IMG/VR virus record: IMGVR_UViG_3300042883_000874
Coordinates: 1-64,000 of that record
Length of the DNA stretch: 64,000 nucleotides
Direction: 5' to 3' (one strand)
Origin: a virus
Shown here: positions 37,501 to 47,629 of the stretch, one piece after another
Numbering within the stretch: the first letter of the stretch is position 1
Layout of the letters: each line of letters begins with the position of its first letter
The notes under the pieces: model-generated
What the model was told of the DNA's origin: nothing
The model's input: only the letters and a program-made list of their open reading frames with translations
The model's database searches: none
Translations under genes and position numbers: made by a program

Positions 37501-38805
37501 ATGGCAAATATAAAACCAGGATGGAATAAAGTAGGTAATGAATTTATTCTTTATGATAATAATCTTGTAGAAAAAAAAAGACGTTCTACTGATCCTAAAT
37601 TAGATCAAGGTGTTGATAAAACTGGAGCTGAAGGAAGACTTGCTAAAGCTGCAGCTGCTACAGGTGATGTTCCTTTATTAATAGAACCTTATGGGTATGG
37701 TAGTAATAAACTTCATCATTCAAAATATGATAAAGCTCAGTGGGAAAAATGGGCTGCAGAAACAGGGTTTAAACCTAAAAGCAGAACAGTAGCTGGTCAA
37801 AATAAAGAGTTTCAAAACTATTTACTTAATGATCCTAAATTTAAAGATAGAGTATTACAAATACATACAGATTTAGGAATGCCTTATGCTAATAGACCTG
37901 ATGATAATTTTCTTGGTGAAAGATGGGATAAGATTATGGAAAAACTTACAGCTCCAGAAGAAGATAAAGTTATTCCTCCTGCTGCTGAAAAACCTAAAGA
38001 TGCAGATAGAAAACCTATTGAACAACATACTCCTATTCCTTATGGTGAAAATCAAAATGCTCCTTGGTGGTTACAAGATACTATTAAAACATTTGGTGCT
38101 GTAGGAGATATGGCTAGACTTAAAAAGTATTTACCTTGGCAAGCTACTCCTCAAGTAAGATTACCAGAAGCAACATTCTATGATCCTACTAGAGAACTTG
38201 CTGCTAATACTGAAATGGCTAACATGGCTATGCAAAATTCTGCAGCATTTACTAATCCACAACAACAAGCTGCTGCTAATACAGTTGCTCAAGGTCAAAT
38301 GGCTAAAGCTGCTGCTGATACAATGGGAAAATATAATAACTTAAATGTTACTTTAGCTAATCAATTATCTCAACAAAATACAGGTATTATGAATCAAGCT
38401 TCTCAAAATAAAGCTAATCTTGATACACAATTATATGATAAATATACAGTAGCTAATCAACAGTTTGATAATTCTAAAGCACAAGCTAGACAAAATATAA
38501 GACAATCTTATATGGATGCTATTACTAATAGAGCTAATACAGCTAACTTAAATACATTGTATCCTCAGTATGCTGTTGATCCTTCTGGTGGAGGTTTTGC
38601 TTATTTTAGACCAGATCCTAATAAGATAGATCCTGCAACTAGATATGATCATTATGATGCTTTACAGAAAAAAGCACAACAGTATTCTAGTGATCCTACA
38701 ATACAAGCTAAGTATTTTAATATTATGTTAAATAAAGGAATTGATCCTAATGATCCTAATGATGAACTTAATCTGATTAATAATAGAGGTTATAGAAACA
38801 GTTAA
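37501..38805 (+). CDS. Virion cargo protein, Gln/Ala/Asn-rich helical C-terminus
   Basis: 434 aa. Long QAN-rich helix typical of ejected/pilot-like proteins. Confidence 0.55.
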   Translation: MANIKPGWNKVGNEFILYDNNLVEKKRRSTDPKLDQGVDKTGAEGRLAKAAAATGDVPLLIEPYGYGSNKLHHSKYDKAQWEKWAAETGFKPKSRTVAGQNKEFQNYLLNDPKFKDRVLQIHTDLGMPYANRPDDNFLGERWDKIMEKLTAPEEDKVIPPAAEKPKDADRKPIEQHTPIPYGENQNAPWWLQDTIKTFGAVGDMARLKKYLPWQATPQVRLPEATFYDPTRELAANTEMANMAMQNSAAFTNPQQQAAANTVAQGQMAKAAADTMGKYNNLNVTLANQLSQQNTGIMNQASQNKANLDTQLYDKYTVANQQFDNSKAQARQNIRQSYMDAITNRANTANLNTLYPQYAVDPSGGGFAYFRPDPNKIDPATRYDHYDALQKKAQQYSSDPTIQAKYFNIMLNKGIDPNDPNDELNLINNRGYRNS

Positions 38806-38848
38806 TAAAGCAAATAAACTTTAAAAGTGTATTACAACCTCAAATAAA

Positions 38849-38860
38849 TTTTGTATATTT
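38849..38860 (+). promoter_or_regulatory. Promoter motif TTTTGTATATTT
   Basis: Fourth exact copy, upstream of the HNH gene and the giant-protein operon. Confidence 0.65.
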
Positions 38861-38884
38861 AAAACATAATATTTTACTAAAACT

Positions 38885-39376
38885 ATGAAACAATTAATGC
38901 TTACAAAAGGATACTATGCTCTAGTTGATGATGATGATTATTATTGGGTTAGTCAATTTAATTGGTGTGCTATAGAACTTGATGGTCAAGTATATGCTAG
39001 AAGAAGTAAAAAGAAAGGTATATTAAAAAGTAATGAACCTTATGAAATTTATTTACATAGAGTAGTAACTAGATGCACAGATAAAACAAAAGTAATTGAT
39101 CATATAGATCATAATGGGTTAAACTGTCAAAAAGATAATCTTAGAATATGTACACCCAGTGAAAATAAAAGAAATGTTAGAGCTTATACAACTAGTTCAT
39201 CTGTATTTTTAGGTGTAAGTTTTGATAAAATAAGAAATAAATGGGTAGCTCAATTAACACATAATAATAATAAAATTTTAAGTAAAAGATTTACTACAGA
39301 AAAAGAAGCAGCTACTGCTTATGATGCTGCAGCTAAAGTATATCACGGAGAATTTGCAAATTTAAATTTTAAATAA
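38885..39376 (+). mobile_element. Free-standing HNH-AP2 homing endonuclease gene
   Basis: YLHRVV...IDHIDHNGLN...DNLR (HNH) plus SSVFLGVSF...KWVAQ...FTTEKEAATAYDAAA...GEFANLNF (AP2 domain). Confidence 0.9.
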
Positions 39377-39377
39377 T

Positions 39378-42155
39378 ATGGCTACCTATCTTCAAAATGT
39401 CACCGACTATATCCCTCAGATACAACCATTCCGCCCAGATTATAACTTTTTGGGCAATGTTTTACAGACAAGACAAACTAAGTATGATGCTTCTAAGAAA
39501 CAAATAAGTGAGTTATATGGCTCCCTATTGAATGGACCATTAAGTAAAGAGACTAATATTAAAAGAAGAGATGAGTTCTTTAAGGTTATTGATAATGATA
39601 TTAAAAGAATATCAGGTTTAGATTTATCCTTACAACAAAATGTTGACCAAGCACAAAATGTATTTAAAGGTTTCTATGATGACAAGTACTTAGTAAGTGA
39701 TATGGTTAAAACTAAAAACCATATGAATGAACTAGAGAAAGGTGAAAATTCTAAATATTGTTATGACCAAGATAAATGTGGTGGTACATATAATGAAACA
39801 TCAATGAGAAAGCTTCAATATAAAATGGAAGAGTTCAAAGCTACTTCTGATGATGAAGCTTTAAATTTTGACATGGGTAGTTATGATGCTTACTATAACT
39901 GGCAAAAAGATGCTGCAAAAAATCTTAAAGATCAAGGTATGACTGTTACTCAAGACAGTGAATCTGGTCATTATATTGTAAGAGACAAAAATGGTGTATT
40001 AGTAGAGAATGCTTTATATAATATGTTTGATCAAATTTATAGTAATGACCCTAGAGTTGCTAATAATTATGATACTAAAGCTTATGTTTTTAGAAAAGAT
40101 TCAGTAAGAGGTTTAATGCCTCAATATAACAATGATGAAAAAGCTGCTGAAAAAGTTTTTATTGAACAAAATATGAACAAGGGTATTAAAGCTTTAAATA
40201 AAGATTTAACTATTGTAAATAACAACCACAACCAATTAAAAGGTAGACAGATTGAACTTGAGCGTAAAAAAGGAGCTTTAACTAGTAGAGAAAAACAAGA
40301 ATTAGAAGTTATTAAACAAAGAAGAGAAGCTGCTACTGTCACTAGAGATAACTTACAATCTAGATTAACTAGTATTCAAACAAACATGGATTCTGGTGAT
40401 ATGAGATCTTTAATCAACAAGTTTGATCAATCAAACTCTGCAGCATTCCAACATGAAGACTTAAGCAAGATGGCTAAGATAATGTCTATGCAAGGTGCAG
40501 AACATACAATAGTTAAAGAAACTGCTGCTTATGACTTAGCTCTTAAAAAAAATCTTGAAAAATATAAAAGTGATTTAAATATTTTTGAAAAAGTTATTCA
40601 AAGCAATATAGATAAAGAATTAGAAAAATATAAAAAAGATCTTGATAAAACAGCAGCTAATGAACAGGCTAATTCAACTACAGAATTATTTCCAGGAGCT
40701 GTTGGATCAAATGTACCTTTAAATTTAACAGAACATCCTGAAGGTGTATATATATTACAAGCTGCTGAAAGTTCTGATGTATTTAAAAAAGCTAATGATG
40801 GTTCTATGAATCTTTTATATACAACTTTTAAAGCTGCTAAAAAAGCTGCTCTTGCTGATCCTACAACAGGTGCTGGAGCCATTGATTATTTAGATAAAAC
40901 TTATGGTAAAGGTAAATGGCAAACTATGGAAACAGCTGAACAAGTTAAAGCTGCTATTAAAGATCAACCTTTACAGTCTTTAAAAAAAACACAAACTTAT
41001 ATAAAAGATAATCCAAACACTAGTTGGGGAAAAGAGGTATTAAAAAGTAATAGTGTTGCATTAGCACAAGTAAATATAGATGCTGCTGCAGGTGTTGCTC
41101 AATTAAATAATTTTAAAAAAGGAATTAAAACTACTGCTGAAAAAGTAGCTAATTCAGTAGATCCTGATTTTAAATTAGCAAAATATTTAGTGAATGAGTA
41201 TGGTGTTTTAGATCATGATGATAAACCAAATGCAAAGTTTATAACTGAATTTTTAAAAACAAGACCTAATGGTAGTAAAGGTGATATTGAAGATGCTTTC
41301 CAAAAAGCTAAGAGTCAGTTTTTATATCATTACAATAGACAACCTAAAATAGGCTTTGACCAAATGATTGATATTACTAAGAATGAAGGTTCTGGTATGA
41401 AGAGTAGTAATTCATTACTTTTTAATAGAGTAGATGCTTCACAAAATCCTGATATAAATAAACAGATATCTAACACATTAAGTCAAGCTTTTGCTAACCC
41501 AGGTAAATACAAAGCTTTAATAGGAGGTCTTGATGCAGAAAATTATGCAAGTAGTAAAGATAGTGATCCAGGAGCTGATGCATTTTTTAGACAGTTTCTT
41601 ATTGACATGAATAAGGCTGATAAAAAAGATGCCAAAAGACCTATTTATAGTGTTGTTGTTAATGGAACTGCTGCTGATGATTTAACTCAAAGTGGTTTTA
41701 CAATAAGACCTTCTCAAGCATATATTCAAGATTATATGACTAAAAATGAAAAAGATCCAGGGTTAGTAAGTCCTGATATTCTTACAAGAGGTATATCATT
41801 ATTTTATGATAACAGTACTATTAAAACAGATATTACTTCTAAATTAAAAGTTAATGCTATGGAGAAAATACTTTTAGAAAAAGGTTCTTATACAGTAAAT
41901 AACTTTTCAGAGACTTCTGGTAGAATAGAAATTGAGTATGATCCTGATACAAAGTTGACAACTATACAACCTTATTATATATCACATGATGGTGATAAAA
42001 TTATAGATCTTAAAGGTAATCCATATATTGTTGATGATATTAAAGCTGTAGATGAAACAGTTAATATATACATTAATGGATTAGCAAATGGTCAAAGAAC
42101 TAATGATTTAGTTGATGAAAGACAAAGATTAATAAATCAAAGTAAAAATAAATAA
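39378..42155 (+). CDS. Large virion cargo/ejection protein
   Basis: 925 aa, helical with coiled coil. First gene of the giant-protein series. Confidence 0.6.
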   Translation: MATYLQNVTDYIPQIQPFRPDYNFLGNVLQTRQTKYDASKKQISELYGSLLNGPLSKETNIKRRDEFFKVIDNDIKRISGLDLSLQQNVDQAQNVFKGFYDDKYLVSDMVKTKNHMNELEKGENSKYCYDQDKCGGTYNETSMRKLQYKMEEFKATSDDEALNFDMGSYDAYYNWQKDAAKNLKDQGMTVTQDSESGHYIVRDKNGVLVENALYNMFDQIYSNDPRVANNYDTKAYVFRKDSVRGLMPQYNNDEKAAEKVFIEQNMNKGIKALNKDLTIVNNNHNQLKGRQIELERKKGALTSREKQELEVIKQRREAATVTRDNLQSRLTSIQTNMDSGDMRSLINKFDQSNSAAFQHEDLSKMAKIMSMQGAEHTIVKETAAYDLALKKNLEKYKSDLNIFEKVIQSNIDKELEKYKKDLDKTAANEQANSTTELFPGAVGSNVPLNLTEHPEGVYILQAAESSDVFKKANDGSMNLLYTTFKAAKKAALADPTTGAGAIDYLDKTYGKGKWQTMETAEQVKAAIKDQPLQSLKKTQTYIKDNPNTSWGKEVLKSNSVALAQVNIDAAAGVAQLNNFKKGIKTTAEKVANSVDPDFKLAKYLVNEYGVLDHDDKPNAKFITEFLKTRPNGSKGDIEDAFQKAKSQFLYHYNRQPKIGFDQMIDITKNEGSGMKSSNSLLFNRVDASQNPDINKQISNTLSQAFANPGKYKALIGGLDAENYASSKDSDPGADAFFRQFLIDMNKADKKDAKRPIYSVVVNGTAADDLTQSGFTIRPSQAYIQDYMTKNEKDPGLVSPDILTRGISLFYDNSTIKTDITSKLKVNAMEKILLEKGSYTVNNFSETSGRIEIEYDPDTKLTTIQPYYISHDGDKIIDLKGNPYIVDDIKAVDETVNIYINGLANGQRTNDLVDERQRLINQSKNK

Positions 42156-42156
42156 G

Positions 42157-45100
42157 ATGGCAGAAGAATTAGCTAGTCAAGGACAAGAACAAGAACAACT
42201 TGCTCCTCAAGAAAGTGAATTAACTAATGGGGCTCCTGCTTTACAAGCTTTAAATAATTCTGCTGTTGATAGAATAAGACAAATTGAAGAATCTTTAAAT
42301 TTACCAGCTAGACCAAATAGTATTGATGCTTATAAAAATATAGCAGGTAATCCTATAACAGGATCTAATCCTTCAGCAAAAAATTCAAATAGCTCTGTTG
42401 ACTTTTTTACAAGCATGGATAAAGCTTTATCAGCTATGCCTAAAAAAGAAAGTGATATCTATGGAGCAATGAGACCATTTAGTTATAATGGTGATACTGA
42501 TGGAGCTAACTTTGAAAGATACCATTCTTCTGGTGATTTGTATAATAAAATTGGCTTTTCTCCTTATAGAGATAATGAATCTTTATATAATGATAAGATG
42601 ACATTTGGTGATGAGTTTGTAAGAGCTGCATCACAATGGGATAACTTAGTAGGTACAGGTTTTAGATCCGGAATTAGGTCTTGGAGTACTTTATTTACTG
42701 ATCCTTTAGCTCCAGATTTAGAAGGTGCTAGAGAAATGGAAAGAATAATGGCTGTTGGTTCATCTACAAAAGGTGGTATTGGTGGTTTTTTTATAAATAC
42801 TTTTTTAAACTCAGGATATACTATTGGTATTGGTGCAGATTTTTTAGCTGAAGAATTAGCTTTAATGGGATTAACTGCTGCTACTGGTGGACTAATGGGA
42901 GCAACTGGTGCTTCTATGATGGTAGGTAAAGGCTTAAATGCTGTTGAAAATGTTTTTCAAGGAGCTAAAACTGCTTTTGCTGGGTCAAAAAGAATGGAGA
43001 ATCTCCGTGCTATAAACAGTGTTCCTGAAATGAAAAGTCTTTGGACTAAGATGAGTCAAGGAACTAAAAGTGTTGTAAGAGAAACTGCTAATATTTTAAA
43101 TCCTTTAGACCAAACTGTTGATGCATTAAGAGCTACTGACTATGCAAGTAACTATGCTAAGATGACCAAAACTTTTGGAGCTTTTGCTGATGACATGTTG
43201 ATGATGAAAGGAGCTGTTTCTGAAGCTAAGCTTGAAGGTGGGATGGCTAAGATTAATATTACAGAAGATCTTGTTGCAAAATATAGATCTGAAAATGGTA
43301 AAGATCCTGATGGAGCAGAGATGCTAAAGATAGAAAAAATTGCTAATGATAAAGCTTATCAAGTTGCTTTTTGGAACTTACCTGCAATTACTACTAGTAA
43401 TAAGTTAATGTATGCTACAATGCTTGCTCCTTTAAGAAGTGTTATGGGAAGAGAAGGTGCTGTTAAATTAGTAGATGATTACTTGTTTAATGGTAAAACA
43501 TTCTCTGCTGTAGGTGAAGGATTCTTATCTAAAGGTAAAGCTGCATTACAATCTTTTACAAAACCTAAATTTTATGGTCAGTTTGGTATGAATTATCTTA
43601 AAGCAAACTTTGCTGAAGGTATTCAAGAAAACTTACAAGAAGCTATATCTAGTGGAGCTGCTAAACATGCAATGCAATTATATACAGATCCTATTAAAGC
43701 AGGTTATGAAGGTTATATGCCTCATTTTATGCAAGGTCTTGGTGAACAGTTTTCTGCACAAGGAGCTGAAACATTTGCTGGTGGTTTTGCTATGGGTATG
43801 TTTGCTCAACCTGTAATGGCTGCACCTTCTGTTGCTATAAGTAAGCTAGTTAAAGCTTGGGGTACTGAAAATTATGCTGCTGCTGAAAAATTAAACAAAG
43901 AATTTAAAGCTAAAAATGCACAATATTTAAATGACTTTTATGATAAAGCATTAATTACATTAGCTCCTGATATAGACAATTCTATAACAACAGGTAGATT
44001 AGCTGATGATATGTATACAGCTGCTAGAAATGGTAAAAAGAAAGAAGCTATTGATGCTATAGAAAACATTAAAGATAATAAAATACTAGTAGCCCTTCAA
44101 ACTGGTAAATTAGATATTATGATTAACAAAGTTGCTCAATATAAAAACTTAAGTAGAGCTGAAGTTGTTGAAGCATTTGGTAAATATGGTATTAAAGAAC
44201 AAGATGTAGACAGTGCTCTAGGTAAAATAGATGGTATTGTTGCAAGAGCTAATCAACTTAAAAAAGACTATGAAGATGTTGCCGAAAAATATCCTAATCC
44301 ATTTAATCCTAATAAATTTATATTGGGAACTTCTGAAAGAAAAGCTGCAGAAATTGCTTACAAAGCTTGGGAAACTGCTAAGTATAACTTAACATTTGCT
44401 AAAGCTACTTATACTTCTCACAGTAAAAGAGTAGCTGATGTAGCTAATATTTTCTCAAATATTTCTAATGACCTAGCTAAAGCTGATGCTCAAAACTTAA
44501 TGACATTGCTTAACCCTGCAACAACAAAAGGTGAGATCTTAGCACTAAGGCAAGAGCTTTCTGTTCTAGATGATAATGTTCCTGAACAAAAAAAGCTTAA
44601 AGCAGAAAAAACTAAACAGCTAGAAACTATAAATAATTTCTATGAAGCTGTTAAAGCTGTTAAAGAAGCAAAAACTCCTGAAGAAAAAGAAGCTAAAGAT
44701 GAAATAGCTAAGAAAGCTTTTATGGAGCATGTTAAATTCTTAGCTAAAAAGAATGATCATATTGTATTTAATGAAGATATAGAAAAAGCTTATAGTGTAG
44801 TTAAAGATCATATGAGTCTTAAAGATGATATGAAAGGTCTTGCTGAAAGTATTAATGTATTAATGGCTCCTCAAAACTTTTTTAAATTACACACTAGATT
44901 AAATGATGCTTATAGTGAAATTCTTAATAATAAAGAAGGTATTATTGAAGAAAATCAAAAGTTAATTAATAGATTAAACAGTATCAATGGTATATTAAAT
45001 TTAGTTACTGTAGACTCAGGTTTAAATATCCCTAATGAATTAATAGAAAAATATGTTGAAGCTTTAGATAATGATATAGAAATGCCAGTAGCTACATACT

Positions 45101-47628
45101 TTATGGATGCTCAAGGTAATAAAGTAACTGCAGGTCCTCAATTTGATATTGCTTTAAAATTATTCAGCAACTTTACAGCTATTGCTGCTAAAGAAAAAGA
45201 AGATGAGCTTAAAAATAGACCAGTAAAAACATTACAAAGTACTATTAATGACATAATAGCTAACAAAGATTTTATTAAACTATCTGAAGATGGTACACAT
45301 TATGTAAATACTAAAACTGGTAAAAAGTATGAGAGAGTTACTAACTACATTGCTGATGAAAAATCTAAAAATGATTTTAAAGATGGTATTGAAAAAGGTG
45401 AAGATATAGAAGATTACAAACAAAGATTAATTGGATTAAACTATAAAGGAAAACCTTTAACAAAAAAGCTTACAACAGCTTCTTCTCAGATTATTGGTAC
45501 AAAAATAGATGTTCTAGTAAGAGATTTCTTTAATGGAGAACTTAAAGATTTATCAACATATGATGTATCTTCTTTAGAAGAGGTTCAAGCCTTTGTAAAA
45601 GAGTTACAACAAATTAAAGATAAAATGGATGCTAGAGGTGAAAAAGTTCTAGCAAATGATATTTTATTATATGATGATAACTTAGGTGTTGCTGGTACTG
45701 TAGATTTACTTACCTATACTGAGAGTGGTGATATCCGTATATATGATATGAAATCCATGAGAGGTAATCAGTTTACTAATGTTTATTTTAGTGGTATAAA
45801 TGAAGGAAAAACAGTATATGATAATATTTTTGAAGAAGGTAAAGATTCTAATAAAGTAAAACATCAAAAACAATTATCATTATATAGAATTTTATTAAAT
45901 AATACTCACAACTTAAGAGCAAAAACTCTTGCTGTAATGCCTATTGAAGTAATATATCAACCAGGTGATGTTGTAACTAGTGAATTAAATCTATTACCTG
46001 GAGTAAGAGTAACTCCTTTAGATCAAATTAAAGATGCTAGATTACTTCCTTTAAGAGATCAAGGTGAAAAAATAATTTCTTCATTAAGTCCTACAAGAAA
46101 AGAAGCACCAAAGACTGAAGAAGAAGCTAAAGAACAAGCTATTGAAGCTGAGACTAAAAGATTGTTAATGCAACCTAGAGAGAGTCTTACTCCTGCTGAA
46201 GAAAAAGCTTTAAGATTTGGATTGCCGGGCTCTTCTACTTTACAGACTAGAAAAGAATTTATTGAAAAAAGAATAGAGTTACTAGAGAAAAAAGCTGAAG
46301 CTTTAGGTTTAGATGCTATTGAGATTAATGATACTCTTGCTTACTTAGATGGTATATTAGATACAAGTACTGAAAGTATTCAAAACAATCTTAAAAATAT
46401 AGATGATCAGATTAAAAGTTTAAATAATATTATTAAGTCTAAAAGCTCTAAGAAAACTGCAAAAGGTGTTAAAGTTCAAGAGAAGATAGCTGAACTTAAA
46501 GCTGCCCGTACAGCAGAGTTTCAGTTGTTAAATGCTATTACAGATAGAGTAAAAGAACTTGAAGAAGATTTATCTGATGTTGAAGCTGTACAACAAGACT
46601 TACAAAAACAAGCTCAATACTATTCTTCATTGATTAGTGACCCTACTCTTACTACTTATACAAGAGATGAGTTAATTGCTAGAAGAGATAAGATAAACTC
46701 TAAGATAAATACTATAGGTAAATTACTTATAGCTGTTAGAAAAGCTATTGCTGATTCAATAAGATATATTAAAGAACATGTTAGTTTGTTATTTCAAACT
46801 GATAAAAATCTTAAGACTTTTATATCAGATAATGAGTATGAAAATTTTCAATATCCTACAATAAAAAATAAGATTGAGAGTCTTCAAAATGAAGTATTAA
46901 ATAACATAAATTCAGCTGAGTTTCTTGAAGTAGTAAAAACTAAAGAGGAAGAAAGGCAAGCTCAATTACTAGCTGCTTTATTAAAATATCAAGATCAAGT
47001 AAGATACTTAAGTGAACTAATTGATAACTATAAAGAAAACAATATAGGAAATAAGTTTACTACTACTACAATGAATCTTAATGCTAAAGAAGTTGTTGCT
47101 AGTAAACAAAAAGAATATCCTGTTACTATCAGTAGAAAGAATGCTAGAATTCAATCAAGAATTAAAGAAGCTAAACTTGCAGCTAGAGATGTTGCTGAAG
47201 TTGAGACAGTTACAGTTCCAACAGGAGAAGTAGTTGTTTCAAAAGTAGGGCCAACAAAAGTAACTAGTCAACAGTTAAATGAGAATTTAAATTTAAAAAG
47301 TTTAAAGGTTGCTCAAACTAATAAATTTGAAGTTATTTATGATAATATTCAGTATAAAATTGAGAAAGTTGGAACAAATTCAGTAACTTTGAAAAGTGCA
47401 CTTGGTACAAAGGTAACAATAAATGAAGATGATCTAGTTAGAGATCTTAGAATTGTACAACCAGGTATTGAGGAATCAACTGTAGAGGAAAATGAAATTA
47501 TTAAAGCTAATGAAAAACTTATTTCTGAAGAGCCTAAAGAGTTTAAAAAAACCAAAGCTGCAGATAAAGAAGATTATGCAAAAAGATTAAAAACAGGAAA
47601 AACAAATCTTATAGAAAACCTTTGTTAA
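42157..47628 (+). CDS. Giant cargo protein with membrane-inserting N-terminal region and PD-(D/E)xK nuclease domain
   Basis: 1823 aa. Gly/Ala hydrophobic helices. GVAGTVDLL...IRIYDMKS...QLSLY motif. Only Cys is the last residue. Confidence 0.72.
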   Translation: MAEELASQGQEQEQLAPQESELTNGAPALQALNNSAVDRIRQIEESLNLPARPNSIDAYKNIAGNPITGSNPSAKNSNSSVDFFTSMDKALSAMPKKESDIYGAMRPFSYNGDTDGANFERYHSSGDLYNKIGFSPYRDNESLYNDKMTFGDEFVRAASQWDNLVGTGFRSGIRSWSTLFTDPLAPDLEGAREMERIMAVGSSTKGGIGGFFINTFLNSGYTIGIGADFLAEELALMGLTAATGGLMGATGASMMVGKGLNAVENVFQGAKTAFAGSKRMENLRAINSVPEMKSLWTKMSQGTKSVVRETANILNPLDQTVDALRATDYASNYAKMTKTFGAFADDMLMMKGAVSEAKLEGGMAKINITEDLVAKYRSENGKDPDGAEMLKIEKIANDKAYQVAFWNLPAITTSNKLMYATMLAPLRSVMGREGAVKLVDDYLFNGKTFSAVGEGFLSKGKAALQSFTKPKFYGQFGMNYLKANFAEGIQENLQEAISSGAAKHAMQLYTDPIKAGYEGYMPHFMQGLGEQFSAQGAETFAGGFAMGMFAQPVMAAPSVAISKLVKAWGTENYAAAEKLNKEFKAKNAQYLNDFYDKALITLAPDIDNSITTGRLADDMYTAARNGKKKEAIDAIENIKDNKILVALQTGKLDIMINKVAQYKNLSRAEVVEAFGKYGIKEQDVDSALGKIDGIVARANQLKKDYEDVAEKYPNPFNPNKFILGTSERKAAEIAYKAWETAKYNLTFAKATYTSHSKRVADVANIFSNISNDLAKADAQNLMTLLNPATTKGEILALRQELSVLDDNVPEQKKLKAEKTKQLETINNFYEAVKAVKEAKTPEEKEAKDEIAKKAFMEHVKFLAKKNDHIVFNEDIEKAYSVVKDHMSLKDDMKGLAESINVLMAPQNFFKLHTRLNDAYSEILNNKEGIIEENQKLINRLNSINGILNLVTVDSGLNIPNELIEKYVEALDNDIEMPVATYFMDAQGNKVTAGPQFDIALKLFSNFTAIAAKEKEDELKNRPVKTLQSTINDIIANKDFIKLSEDGTHYVNTKTGKKYERVTNYIADEKSKNDFKDGIEKGEDIEDYKQRLIGLNYKGKPLTKKLTTASSQIIGTKIDVLVRDFFNGELKDLSTYDVSSLEEVQAFVKELQQIKDKMDARGEKVLANDILLYDDNLGVAGTVDLLTYTESGDIRIYDMKSMRGNQFTNVYFSGINEGKTVYDNIFEEGKDSNKVKHQKQLSLYRILLNNTHNLRAKTLAVMPIEVIYQPGDVVTSELNLLPGVRVTPLDQIKDARLLPLRDQGEKIISSLSPTRKEAPKTEEEAKEQAIEAETKRLLMQPRESLTPAEEKALRFGLPGSSTLQTRKEFIEKRIELLEKKAEALGLDAIEINDTLAYLDGILDTSTESIQNNLKNIDDQIKSLNNIIKSKSSKKTAKGVKVQEKIAELKAARTAEFQLLNAITDRVKELEEDLSDVEAVQQDLQKQAQYYSSLISDPTLTTYTRDELIARRDKINSKINTIGKLLIAVRKAIADSIRYIKEHVSLLFQTDKNLKTFISDNEYENFQYPTIKNKIESLQNEVLNNINSAEFLEVVKTKEEERQAQLLAALLKYQDQVRYLSELIDNYKENNIGNKFTTTTMNLNAKEVVASKQKEYPVTISRKNARIQSRIKEAKLAARDVAEVETVTVPTGEVVVSKVGPTKVTSQQLNENLNLKSLKVAQTNKFEVIYDNIQYKIEKVGTNSVTLKSALGTKVTINEDDLVRDLRIVQPGIEESTVEENEIIKANEKLISEEPKEFKKTKAADKEDYAKRLKTGKTNLIENLC

Positions 47629-47629
47629 T

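Noticed and set aside
37480-37510. Programmed frameshift or readthrough joining the 615-aa and 434-aa genes
   Set aside because: Tandem TAA stops, an independent ATG, and no slippery heptamer or downstream structure.
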